This document shows positions 1-10,644 of a stretch of 64,000 nucleotides of DNA, piece after piece. A program made the translations under genes and the position numbers. The notes under the pieces were generated by a model. The model saw only the letters and a program-made list of their open reading frames with translations. It did not search any database and was not told the DNA's origin. Location: positions 192,001 to 256,000 of the forward strand of contig CAWGXH010000005.1 of the NCBI GenBank assembly GCA_963826525.1. The letters are read 5' to 3'. Position 1 is the first letter of the stretch. Each line of letters begins with the position of its first letter. The DNA comes from an uncultured Methanomicrobiaceae archaeon (lineage in GTDB: Archaea > Halobacteriota > Methanomicrobia > Methanomicrobiales > Methanoculleaceae).

Positions 1-1151
1 TCTCCGGTCAGACGTTTGAAACGCCTGCCGAATACGCAGAACGCCGGCTGGCGATGCAGAGTGAACGGGTAGAGGAACTCGGGCTCAAGCCGATAGCGAT
101 CCTTGAGATCGTCCGGGACGGCGACCTCGCCGGAGCAGTCGTCGCGCGTGCTGCCGACGAACAGATCCCGCTGATCGTCATCGGCGCGCGGGGAAAGGGG
201 ATCATCCAGGGATACTTCCTCGGCAGCGTCTCGTCAGACGTGCTTCGCAGAAGCACTGTCGATATCCTGATCACCCGCTACCGGGGTGCGGCCACGGAGG
301 CGTGCCGGATGAGTATCTTTTCACGGGTGCTCTGTCCGGTCGATTTCTCGAGGCCTTCCCGAATGGTGATCGATTTTGTCGGACGGATGGGGAATATCCC
401 GGAACTGATCCTGGTTCACGTCATCAAGAGCGCGGAGACAAAAGAGGAACTGGTAGCGGGGATCGAGGAGGCGGAAAGAAGGCTCCACGAGCTCGCGACG
501 GAACTCTCGCGCGAAGGTCTCTCTATCAGGACGTTCGTGCGGTTTGGAAACCCGAGTCAGGAGATCACCGATCTCGCCGAGGAAGAGGATGTCTCCCTGA
601 TTCTCATCTCCCGATATGGCGAGCAGGACTACTTCAGGGATATTCCCCTCGGAAGTACGGTGGCCGATGTGGCAAAGCGGGCCCGTCGTCCGGTCCTCGT
701 GAAATATCCCATTCTGTCACTGGCGGTGGAAGCCCGGGAGCTTTCTGCCGGCAGAGTTTCCGAAGGCAGAGAGGATCTGGAAGGGGTATCACCAGCAGAA
801 GGCGAATAGCGAGACCGACCGTATCTTCGGCGTTTTCCTTGACGGCAACCTCGTCAGCGTCGCCCGGTGCAGACGGCACCCGGACGGGAAGGAGGTCGAC
901 GGTGTCTTCACACCCGAAGATTTGATAGGGCGGGGGTACGCGAAGAGAGCAGTTGCAGCCCTCGTCTCTGCCTGCGGGAATGATGTGCTGTATATGCATT
1001 CGACAAGCGATCTCGTCCCATTCTTGATGCATCCTTCGGCTTTACACCCATCGGCGAGCGGGAACTGCCGCCCACAATCCGGGAGCGGTATGCCTTTGCG
1101 GGCGGCAACATGGAGGGCTCAAACGTCAGCCCGATGAAGCGGATCCCCTGA
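1..1151 (+). CDS. Tandem universal stress protein (USP) domains, apparently fused to a C-terminal GNAT-like domain (5'-truncated by the window, frameshifted near 750 and 1020)
   Basis: ORF 54-809 has two USP motifs (LIVIGARGKG..GSVSSDVLR; LILISRYG..GSTVADVAKRA). After a shift the sequence reads on as RIFGVFLDGNLVSVARC..VDGVFTPEDLIGRGYAKRAVAAL (acetyl-CoA motif A) to TGA at 1149-1151. Confidence 0.75.
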
Positions 1152-1153
1152 AG

Positions 1154-1640
1154 TTACCGCTCTTTTTTCATACTCCCGGCAAAGAGGATCCCGAGCAGCA
1201 CCCGCAGGACGAGCACGACGATCATCAGGATGCCGCCGAGCAGAATCCATGCGAGGGAGAACCTACTGACGGGGACGGCTCCTCCAGGGTTTTCCGAGGA
1301 TGAAAAGCCTCCGCCTGGAGAGTAGTGGTAGTAGTAGGTTCGGGCTTTCGCCTGCCGATACGCGGCGGACGCACCCCCACCCGGAGTGCGGTATGCCGAA
1401 TAGGCAGTGCCGGCCGCAAGGAGCCTGTCATACTCCGCCCTCTTCTCGGGATCGGAGAGGGTATCAGTACGCCTCCTGAACCTTCAGGGAGATTTCCTGT
1501 GCGCCCGGGGCGGTGCTGATATCGGGGTGATATTGTTTGGCGAGGCTCCGGTATGCGGCTTTAATTTCACCCGCGCTCGTTTCGACCGGGGCGATGCCCA
1601 GGACGTCGTATAATTTCCGGCAGTCTTCCCTACGTATTCA
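1154..1640 (-). CDS. J-domain (DnaJ-like) protein with C-terminal transmembrane segment (frameshifted; start approximate)
   Basis: Minus-strand manual translation gives YDVLGI..EIKAAYRSLAKQYHPD..KVQEAY..LSDPEKRAEYD (HPD motif), then hydrophobic LMIVVLVLRVLLGILFAG and a stop at 1154. Confidence 0.75.
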
Positions 1641-1679
1641 TCGTGATCCTTCGGTGACACCCATGATGGTATCAGTTTT

Positions 1680-2101
1680 TCGCCCGGTTTTTCGCACGTC
1701 GCATCGCCGCAGGCGAGTCCGCCGGTATCGCCGTTGACCGTCACGACGCTGCCGCCCGGAAGATCGCAGATGTCCATTGGAAGGCTGTCGATCATAGGAA
1801 TCCCTGCGATGATTGCTCCGACGGCGATGATCGTTTCAGCCTCCGTATTGATGATAGCAGCGGGAGCCCGGCCGCTTCGCGCCAGCGCATAGATGAACTG
1901 AACGAACCGACCGTCGATCCCTTCCTGTACGGGAATGCAAGGACACGACCGGCAACACTCTCGCCCTCGAGCGGATGACCTTTCTCGATGACGACGCCTG
2001 TCTCCGGGTCGACACCGGAGAGAAATGAGATCGGTTCAGGACTGACCAGGAGTTCTCCCCTGCCTGACCCTTTCGAAAATAGCTCTTCCCTTCAGAATCA
2101 T
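1680..2101 (-). CDS. DUF126 / aconitase X swivelling subunit (phosphomevalonate dehydratase small subunit family), frameshifted; 3' end approximate
   Basis: MILKGRAI..GELLVSPEPISFLSGVDPETGVVIEKGHPLEGESVAGRVLAFP..KGSTVGS..APAAIINTEAETIIAVGAIIAGIPMID. Confidence 0.8.
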
Positions 2102-2137
2102 GCGACCACACTAATAAGTGGTCGGAGAAACAACTAT

Positions 2138-3371
<1,234 letters not shown>

Positions 3372-3372
3372 T

Positions 3373-3814
3373 ATGGACGTGCTGCTGGTTCAGGCAGATG
3401 GGGTCGACCTCTACGCCACCCTTCGAAATCCGAGACCAGCCGCGGGGTTCTCCGGTTCTATCACCCCTCGCGCCTTGAGTTCGGCGTGCTGATCCGGACG
3501 GCATCCCTCGCAAGCAGTCTCTCTATTATCTCGGAGATCCGCTGGTATATCCGGCGCTACGTCGAGGTGGTGCTCTTCCGGTTATCAAGGAGACGTACTG
3601 TTCGTTCGAGCTCGCAAAGCAGGTCTATGAGCGGGATACGAAACTTGCCGCTCCCTGGGAGTATCGCCTGCTCTACGGTATCCAGGATGGACGGCTCGTC
3701 CAGTCGGTGAAGATGGATGCGGGCAGAGACCGGGACGGTTATGCCGACTCTCTCGAGGGTATGGACGACGTCCTCGAGGTCTGGTGCTCGGAGAGCGAGC
3801 ACGCCGAGGTTTAG
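3373..3814 (+). CDS. Conserved methanogen hypothetical protein (DUF5804-like), frameshifted
   Basis: ATG 1 nt after the pan stop. Reads MDVLLVQADGVDLYATL..ETSRGVLRFYHP..SLSIISEIRWYIRRYV..LEVWCSESEHAEV*. Family name is from recall. Confidence 0.6.
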
Positions 3815-3859
3815 CCGCCTCCTCTTCCGGGCGGGTTTCGTCCGGAAACGGTCTGGCAG

Positions 3860-4145
3860 GAGGGGGCTCTGCACCCTCCCCCGCGATGCGATTGCCGGTA
3901 ACGGTCGCCGTGCTCGTGATTCTGCCGTACGGCAGATCTTTTCCCAACCTCGACATATCTCCGATACGTTCGACGCTTTTGCGGGCATCGCACCTGTGGG
4001 GTGTTCTCCCTCGACGGGAGGGGTCGAGAGTCCCCCTGTCGCCCGTGGCGAATGAGGTCGTCCCAAAGCCCTCTGCCCGGGGGAGACTCCCTCCCGAGCC
4101 CTCCCCTGGTATGTGATTAGCCGGTAATGGCCGTGCTCGTGATCA
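3860..4145. repeat. Imperfect direct repeat / degenerate intergenic element between convergent genes
   Basis: GATTGCCGGTAACGGTCGCCGTGCTCGTGAT (~3890-3920) versus GATTAGCCGGTAATGGCCGTGCTCGTGAT (~4115-4143). Each copy is preceded by a G-run/C-run hairpin-like motif. Confidence 0.6.
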
Positions 4146-4289
4146 AACCCCTGTTGCGGTTCGGATAAACGTCACCATGCCCCCGACGGCATTCCTCGAT
4201 AGAGGCTGCAGACAGAGCCGGGGCGTGAGTATGGCGAGCTTTCGGGTATCGCACTCTGGAAAAGGTATAGGGAGAAAAAAAGGATCTCT

Positions 4290-5528
4290 TCAGGCAAACA
4301 TCGCACCGTACGAGGTGTTGATGTGATGCTTGTCGAAGTCCAGCGAGAGCTTGTCGATCGCTTTCATGAAGTCGTCCTGCGTGACGGTCTCGTGCTCGCT
4401 CCGAATCGCGAACATACCTGCCTCCATGCAGACCGCCCGAAGGTCGGCACCGTTCTTTCCCTCGGTGAGGCGGGCGACCTCCGCAAGATCGACGTTCTCG
4501 CCGAGGTTCATGCCCTTCGTGTGGATCTTCATGATAGACAGCCGTCCCTGGGGGTCGGGGAGCGGAATCTCGATGATCCGGTCGAACCGTCCCGGCCGGA
4601 GGAGGGCGCGATCCAGGATATCGATCCGGTTGGTGGCGCCGATGATCTTGACATCGCCGCGGTTCTCAAAGCCGTCCATCTCGGCGAGGAGCTGCATGAG
4701 CGTCCGCTGCACCTCGCGGTCTCCCGAGGTCGTCGAATCGCTCCGGTGGGCACCGATCGCGTCGATCTCGTCGATGAAGATGATCGACGGCGCTTTCTGT
4801 TTGGCAAGTTCGAAGAGTTCGCGCACGAGCCGCGCCCCCTCGCCGATATACTTCTGCACGAGCTCCGAACCGACGACACGGAGGAAGTGCGCGTTCGTAT
4901 GGTGCGCGACCGCCCGCGCGAGCAGCGTCTTCCCGGTTCCGGGAGGGCCGTAGAGGAGGACGCCCTTCGGCGGCGCGATGCCGATCTGCTCGAAGAGATG
5001 GGGCTTTGTGAGCGGGAGCTCGACTGCCTCCTGGATCTCTACGATCTGCGGCTCGAGGCCGCCGATACTCTCGTAGCGCTCTTCAGGGGATTCGATAAGT
5101 TCCATGCCGTAGACCTGCGAGTCGTAACTCGTGGGGAGGATGTCGACGATGGCAAGGGACTGCTGGTTTAAGGTACACCGCACACCCGGCTTGAGGAGAT
5201 CGGGATCGATGAGCTGCGATGTGCGGACGAGGAACCGCGGGCCTGCACTGCTCCGCACGATGACCCGGTTATTGTCAACGACGTCGGTGACCGTTCCGAT
5301 TACGAGAGGGGGGCTCCTGAGCTGCTCGATCTCGCTCTTGAGCTTCCGGAGCTCCCGCTGGTACCGGATCTTCTGGGTTTCGATATAGCGTTTTTCAGAC
5401 TCCATCTGCCTGAACTGCTCCCGCAGTTCCAGATTTCGGTTTTCGAGGTTGGTTATCCGTTCAAGCAGGTACTGGTAAAGATCTTCACCGGTATCCTTGT
5501 CTGGCGCTTGCCGAGCAATATCTCCCAT
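4290..5528 (-). CDS. pan: Proteasome-activating nucleotidase (PAN) paralog 2
   Basis: Intact ORF with coiled coil, [10 protein letters not shown] domain, [12 protein letters not shown] and SRH motif. Ends in GAMFA. Confidence 0.95.
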   Translation of the reverse strand: MGDIARQAPDKDTGEDLYQYLLERITNLENRNLELREQFRQMESEKRYIETQKIRYQRELRKLKSEIEQLRSPPLVIGTVTDVVDNNRVIVRSSAGPRFLVRTSQLIDPDLLKPGVRCTLNQQSLAIVDILPTSYDSQVYGMELIESPEERYESIGGLEPQIVEIQEAVELPLTKPHLFEQIGIAPPKGVLLYGPPGTGKTLLARAVAHHTNAHFLRVVGSELVQKYIGEGARLVRELFELAKQKAPSIIFIDEIDAIGAHRSDSTTSGDREVQRTLMQLLAEMDGFENRGDVKIIGATNRIDILDRALLRPGRFDRIIEIPLPDPQGRLSIMKIHTKGMNLGENVDLAEVARLTEGKNGADLRAVCMEAGMFAIRSEHETVTQDDFMKAIDKLSLDFDKHHINTSYGAMFA

Positions 5529-5585
5529 AGGTCTCCTCGAATAATTATATAGGGTAAAATGGATATAAAGTTCTTTGCGAGAATC

Positions 5586-6083
5586 ATGCAATGTGAATTA
5601 TGCGGCGCTCCTATCCACGGACCGTCAAAGACAGTCCAGGTTGAAGGTGCAGAACTCTGTGTATGCATCAAATGTGCAAAATACGGTAAGGAAGTCCAGC
5701 AATCACGGCGAGGCGGTGCTCCTGTGCGAAGGCCGGGAACACCGGCGGTCTCGACGCCGCAGCCCCGGAGAAGGCCGAGGGATGTCTTCGACCTGATCGA
5801 GGGCGATATCGTCGATGACTACCGCGAGCGGATTCGCGCTGCCCGGGAGGAGAAGGGATGGTCTACACTGGATCTTGCTCACGCGACGAAAGAGCGTGAG
5901 ATCCTGATCAAGAAGATCGAGAAGGGCGATCTCATTCCGGAGGACGCCGTTCGGAAAAAACTCGAGCAGGCGCTCGGCATCAAATTGATCGACTCCGCTG
6001 CCGACGAGACCGAGTCCCGCGGCGGCGGCAGAATGACGACGACCGTCGGGGATGTCATCTCCTTTAAGAAGATCCGGAAGTAA
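5586..6083 (+). CDS. mbf1: Archaeal multiprotein bridging factor aMBF1
   Basis: N-terminal Zn ribbon CELCG..CIKC, Cro-type HTH, and C-terminal TVGDVI motif. Divergent from pan. Confidence 0.92.
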   Translation: MQCELCGAPIHGPSKTVQVEGAELCVCIKCAKYGKEVQQSRRGGAPVRRPGTPAVSTPQPRRRPRDVFDLIEGDIVDDYRERIRAAREEKGWSTLDLAHATKEREILIKKIEKGDLIPEDAVRKKLEQALGIKLIDSAADETESRGGGRMTTTVGDVISFKKIRK

Positions 6084-6190
6084 CCGGCAGGAACAGAGTC
6101 TTTTTCCGGAAACAATAGAGCAGCGTCGATCGTTATCGGGAAAGGGTTGTGTCCCTTTTCCCCTCGCCATTTCTCATCCTGCGTGCTTAC

Positions 6191-6200
6191 CTTTTTATAG
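6191..6200 (+). promoter_or_regulatory. Putative TATA box of the aro operon leader
   Basis: CTTTTTATAG ends 24 nt before the ATG at 6224, the spacing expected for a leaderless archaeal transcript. Confidence 0.55.
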
Positions 6201-6223
6201 ATGGACGAAATATGATATTACCA

Positions 6224-6271
6224 ATGCGTGGTGAATGTTTTTTCGCCGGTGAATGCTTTTATCACTGGTAG
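6224..6271 (+). CDS. Putative aromatic-amino-acid leader peptide MRGECFFAGECFYHW
   Basis: ATG CGT GGT GAA TGT TTT TTC GCC GGT GAA TGC TTT TAT CAC TGG TAG: 3 Phe, 1 Tyr and 1 Trp in 15 codons, upstream of the aro/tyr/phe operon. Confidence 0.7.
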   Translation: MRGECFFAGECFYHW

Positions 6272-6455
6272 CGAAGGATCCATCCGCCGTGCAGGCCTGA
6301 ACAACGCACTTCTTCCGCAGGTTCACTCCACTACCGGATGGTGCCTGCCTGTTTGCAGTTATTTCCGCTTTTTTAGCACTTTTAGTTATTATCCCCGGAA
6401 CTGAAGCGTAATTCTACACCAGAATCGCTGACGTGCCGGATGAGGAGTTCTGATT
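6261..6455 (+). promoter_or_regulatory. Putative attenuator / structured 5' leader with alternative helices and U-tracts
   Basis: CTGGTAG (6265-6271) can pair with CTACCGG (6331-6337). CCATCCG (6280-6286) can pair with CGGATGG (6335-6341), which overlaps and so is exclusive. T6 at 6369-6374 and T4 at 6380-6383. SD-like GAGGAG at 6442-6447. Confidence 0.5.
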
Positions 6456-7247
6456 ATGAGAGGAAAAGAAATTCGCATGGAACGTATCATGGATCGTAAT
6501 ACCGGAAAGACCATCATCGTACCGATGGATCACGGTGTAACGGTCGGGCCAATCCCGGGACTGATAGATCTAGGAAAGACCATCGACCTCGTGGCGGGGG
6601 GCGGGGCAAACGTGGTGATCGGGCATATGGGGCTTGCCCTGCATGGTCACCGGCGGCACGGCAGAGATGTCGGGCTCATCCTCCACCTCTCGGCGAGCAC
6701 CGCCGTCGGACCCGACCCGAACGATAAGGTGCTCGTCAATACCGTCACGAACGCCCTCAAAATGGGGGCGGACGGTGTCTCGGTGCACATCAATGTCGGT
6801 GCGAACTCGGAGGCCAAGATGCTCGAAGACCTCGGACGGGTGGCGATCGAGTGCATGGAGTGGGGGATGCCGCTGCTTGCGATGATGTACCCCCGCGGTG
6901 CGAAGATCGCGGACGAGCACGACGTCGAACACGTCAAACTCGCCGCCCGGGTGGCGGCGGAGCTCGGCGCCGATATCGTCAAGACCGTCTACACCGGCGA
7001 TCCCGACAGTTTCCGCGAGGTCACGCGGGGGTGCCCGGTCCCGGTGGTCGTCGCCGGCGGGTCGAAGACCGACGATATGGCCATCCTCGAACTGATCGAG
7101 GGGGCGATGGAGGGCGGTGCTGCCGGCATCTCCATCGGGAGGAATGCGTTCCAGCATCCCGCTCCGGAGAAACTGATAAGGGCTGCGGCGCTCATCGTAC
7201 ACGAAGGAAAACCGGCACACGAAGCAATCGAGATCCTGAGGGCGTGA
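6456..7247 (+). CDS. aroA': 2-amino-3,7-dideoxy-D-threo-hept-6-ulosonate (ADH) synthase, DhnA-family aldolase
   Basis: PMDHG, ADGVSVHINVG, MMYPRG, ELGADIVKT (Schiff-base Lys), GRNAFQH. Confidence 0.9.
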   Translation: MRGKEIRMERIMDRNTGKTIIVPMDHGVTVGPIPGLIDLGKTIDLVAGGGANVVIGHMGLALHGHRRHGRDVGLILHLSASTAVGPDPNDKVLVNTVTNALKMGADGVSVHINVGANSEAKMLEDLGRVAIECMEWGMPLLAMMYPRGAKIADEHDVEHVKLAARVAAELGADIVKTVYTGDPDSFREVTRGCPVPVVVAGGSKTDDMAILELIEGAMEGGAAGISIGRNAFQHPAPEKLIRAAALIVHEGKPAHEAIEILRA

Positions 7248-7252
7248 AAGAG

Positions 7253-8038
7253 ATGATAGGAAAAGAGATACGTCTTGAACGAATCATGAACCGGAATACA
7301 GGAAGATCGGTGATCATCCCCATGGATCACGGGTTTACGCTCGGACAGATCGAGGGGCTCCGCAACATGACGGAGATTGTCTCCGAGGTCAGCGAAGCGG
7401 GTGCAAATGCCATCGTCCTCCATAAGGGGATGGTGAAGGGCGGCCACCGGAAGCATGGGCGGGATATCGGGCTCATCGTCCATCTCTCGGCGAGCACCTC
7501 GATGAACCCCGACCCGAACGACAAAGTGCTCGTCTGCACCGTCGAGGAGGCGGTCGCCCTCGGTGCGGATGCGGTCTCGATCCATATCAATCTCGGGGCG
7601 CCGAACGAATCACGGATGCTCGAGTCGGCGGGGCAGGTATCGAAAGAGTGCAACTGCTGGGGAATGCCGCTGCTCATTATGATCTACCCCCGCGGCGAAG
7701 GGATCGATCCCACGTCCCCGAAGGCGATCGGGCACTGTGTCCGGGTGGCGGAAGAGCTCGGCGCCGACCTGATCAAGACGAACTACACCGGGGATGCGGC
7801 ATCGTTCCGCCAGATCACCGATGCATGCTCGGTTCCCGTGATGGTCGCGGGCGGCGAGAAGGGCGGCGATATCGAGACGCTGACGACCCTCGGGGAGGCC
7901 GTGGCGGCCGGATCCGCCGGCGTCTGCATGGGCAGGAACGCGTTCCAGCGCGATAATCCGCGCCAGTTCATCCGGGCGATCTGCCGGGTAGTGCATGACG
8001 AAACCGACCCTGCCCGGGCGCTGGAGCTGGAAGGATGA
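7253..8038 (+). CDS. Second DhnA-family aldolase / ADH synthase paralog
   Basis: MIGKEIRLERI, PMDHG, MIYPRG, ELGADLIKT, GRNAFQR. Tandem paralog of the preceding gene. Confidence 0.88.
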   Translation: MIGKEIRLERIMNRNTGRSVIIPMDHGFTLGQIEGLRNMTEIVSEVSEAGANAIVLHKGMVKGGHRKHGRDIGLIVHLSASTSMNPDPNDKVLVCTVEEAVALGADAVSIHINLGAPNESRMLESAGQVSKECNCWGMPLLIMIYPRGEGIDPTSPKAIGHCVRVAEELGADLIKTNYTGDAASFRQITDACSVPVMVAGGEKGGDIETLTTLGEAVAAGSAGVCMGRNAFQRDNPRQFIRAICRVVHDETDPARALELEG

Positions 8039-9021
8039 AGGTCTTCTGGGTCGATATCCGGCCGTGGGATAAAGACCTCGCCACGACCGCCATCGAGAGC
8101 GGTGCGGATGCGCTGATGGTCGGCCGTGCTGATGACCTCCGTGAACTTGCCCGGACGACGGTCATTGCGCCCGATGGGGATCTCGTTCCCGGAGAGGATA
8201 TCTTCGAGGTGGCGATCGAGGATAAGGAGAGCGAAGAGGAGGCGGTCAGGCTTTCGCGGAAGGGATACGTGATCGTCAGCACCAGCGACTGGACGGTGAT
8301 CCCGCTCGAGAACCTGGTCGCGGCGTCCGACCGTATCATCGCGACGGTGACGAACCGCGCGGAGGCGGAACTCGCACTGACCGTCCTTGAGCGCGGCGTC
8401 GCCGGGATTCTGCTGAAGACCGGCGATCCGGCCGTCGTCCGTGAGGTTGCGTCGCTGATCGCATCCTCCGGCGGGAGCACCGATCTCATTCCCTTCACCG
8501 TCACCGGCATCCGGCCGGTCGGGATGGGAGATAGGGTCTGCGTCGATACCTGTTCGCTCCTCGCGGACGGACAGGGGATGCTCGTCGGCAACACCTCCTC
8601 GGCCTTCCTGCTCGTGCACCCGGAGACGCTGGAGAACCCCTACGTGGCTCCCCGGCCGTTCCGCGTCAATGCCGGTGCCGTCCATGCCTACATCATGCTC
8701 CCGGGCGGGAAGACGGCCTACCTCGCCGACCTGAAGGTCGGAGACCACGTCGCGGTCGCGGAAAGCGACGGCAGGACGACCGATGCGGTGGTCGGAAGGG
8801 TGAAGATCGAACGCCGGCCGCTCCTCCTCGTCGAGGCAAAGGCCGGCAGCGCCCGCGTCAGCCTGATCCTCCAGAATGCGGAGACGATACGCCTCGTGGG
8901 CGAGGACGGCGGCGCGATCTCGGTCGTCGACCTCAAAGAGGGTGACCGGATCCTCGGGGCTGCAACGGAAGGTGGCCGCCACTTCGGGATCGCGGTGAAG
9001 GAGACGATCCTTGAGAAGTGA
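8035..9021 (+). CDS. aroB': 3-dehydroquinate synthase II
   Basis: GDRVCVDTCS, ENPYVAPRPFRVNAGAVHAY, VGRVKIERRPL, QNAETIRL, GRHFG..ETILEK. Confidence 0.95.
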   Translation: MKVFWVDIRPWDKDLATTAIESGADALMVGRADDLRELARTTVIAPDGDLVPGEDIFEVAIEDKESEEEAVRLSRKGYVIVSTSDWTVIPLENLVAASDRIIATVTNRAEAELALTVLERGVAGILLKTGDPAVVREVASLIASSGGSTDLIPFTVTGIRPVGMGDRVCVDTCSLLADGQGMLVGNTSSAFLLVHPETLENPYVAPRPFRVNAGAVHAYIMLPGGKTAYLADLKVGDHVAVAESDGRTTDAVVGRVKIERRPLLLVEAKAGSARVSLILQNAETIRLVGEDGGAISVVDLKEGDRILGAATEGGRHFGIAVKETILEK

Positions 9022-9025
9022 GCGC

Positions 9026-9850
9026 ATGCTGGCAGGGATCATCGGCGGCACCGGAAAGATGGGGAGGTTCTTTGCGTCCGTCTTTTCTGCCGCCGGATGG
9101 GATGTCATCGTATCGGGGCGCGATACGCCTCTCTCCAACCGCGAGGTCGCAGAGCGAGCGGACGTGGTGATGGTCGCGGTTCCGATAGGGAGGACGATAG
9201 CCGTCATCGACGAGATCGCCCCGGTGCTTGCGGAGGAGCAGATCCTCTGCGACATCACCTCGCTGAAGGTGGAGCCCGTCCGCGCCATGCTCGCCTCGAA
9301 GGCCGGTGTCGTGGGGCTGCACCCGATGTTCGGCCCGGGCGCGGAGTCGCTTTTGAACCAGACGATCATCGTCACCCCCGCACGCTGCGACGGGGCGGCG
9401 CTCGACCGCCTGCTCGGTATCTTCCGCGAGCAGGGGGCGGTGCTGACCTTCGCCACGCCCGAAGAGCACGACCGGATGATGGCGGTCATCCAGGGGCTGA
9501 CACACTTTGCGACGCTCTGTGCGGCCGATACGATCCGGCGTGCCGGGGTGGACGTCGAGGAGTCGCTCGCGTTCACGAGCCCCATCTACCGTATCCAGAT
9601 GGGACTGATCGGGCGGCTGCTCGCCCAGGACGCCGACCTCTACGGCGATATGCTCCGGCTGAACCCGGCCGTGCCCGAGGTGCTGGCCGCGTTCGAGGAT
9701 GCCGCAAAGAGTCTCCGCACGATCGTGGAGGCGGGCGACCTTGCTGCCTTCCGCGATTTTTTCGCGAAGAACACCGATCACTATGCCTCCTACGGGAAAA
9801 CGGCCACGGAAGAGACCGACGATCTTATCAGATATATGGTGACGCGATGA
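9026..9850 (+). CDS. tyrA: Prephenate/arogenate dehydrogenase
   Basis: GIIGGTGKMG Rossmann motif, DITSLK, HPMFGP, EEHDRMMAVIQGLTH. Confidence 0.92.
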   Translation: MLAGIIGGTGKMGRFFASVFSAAGWDVIVSGRDTPLSNREVAERADVVMVAVPIGRTIAVIDEIAPVLAEEQILCDITSLKVEPVRAMLASKAGVVGLHPMFGPGAESLLNQTIIVTPARCDGAALDRLLGIFREQGAVLTFATPEEHDRMMAVIQGLTHFATLCAADTIRRAGVDVEESLAFTSPIYRIQMGLIGRLLAQDADLYGDMLRLNPAVPEVLAAFEDAAKSLRTIVEAGDLAAFRDFFAKNTDHYASYGKTATEETDDLIRYMVTR

Positions 9851-10644
9851 CCCTCCTGACACTCGGCCCTGCCGGAACTTTCAGCCACGAGCTCGCCCTG
9901 CGGCTCTACGGCGACGATATCGAACTTCTCCCGACGATCGGAAAGGTCATCGAATCGGTCGCCTCCGGCACGGCGGACGGCCTCGTGCCGATCGAGAACA
10001 GCGAAGCCGGCGGTGTCGGCTCGACCCTCCGGGGGCTCCAGGATGCCGGGGTCTTCATCGTCGAAGAGGCGTACCTGCCGATCCGTCACCATTTCGCAGC
10101 CCGGTGCGATCCCGGCGATCTTGCCGTGATCTATGCTCACCCCCAGACCCATGAGCAGTGCAGCGTGTTTCTCGACCGACTCGGGGTCGATGTCGTGCAT
10201 ACCAGCAGCAACGCGGCGAGCGCGCTTGCCATGCTCGAGCGTGAGCGTGCCGGGGCGATCGTCTCCTCGAGTGCCGCGGAGATCTACTGCCTTCCGGTTA
10301 TCCGGCGGGACGTGCAGAACAGCATGCAGAACGTCACCCGGTTCGTCCGGATATCGGCGACTCCGCGGGACGAAGCGGGCTGCACCAGGTGCAGCATCCT
10401 CGTCGACCCCGCTACGAACCGGGCAGGTCTGCTCCACGACATTCTCGGGGTCTTTGCCGTCCGCTCCATCAACTTAACGAGGATCGAGTCGCGGCCGTCC
10501 CGGCGGGGGATGGGGCGGTACGTCTTCTTCATCGACTTCGATCTCGCGCCCGGGTGGGAGGAGGCGAGGGAGGAACTTCGGAGAATGACCACGGTGAAGG
10601 AACTCGGCTGCTACTCGAGGAGGGAGATGCCGGCATGGACGTAA
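9847..10644 (+). CDS. pheA: Prephenate dehydratase with ACT domain
   Basis: LGPAGTFSH, VPIENSEAG, NVTRF, NLTRIESRPS, YVFFID. ATGA overlap with tyrA. Confidence 0.93.
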   Translation: MTLLTLGPAGTFSHELALRLYGDDIELLPTIGKVIESVASGTADGLVPIENSEAGGVGSTLRGLQDAGVFIVEEAYLPIRHHFAARCDPGDLAVIYAHPQTHEQCSVFLDRLGVDVVHTSSNAASALAMLERERAGAIVSSSAAEIYCLPVIRRDVQNSMQNVTRFVRISATPRDEAGCTRCSILVDPATNRAGLLHDILGVFAVRSINLTRIESRPSRRGMGRYVFFIDFDLAPGWEEAREELRRMTTVKELGCYSRREMPAWT

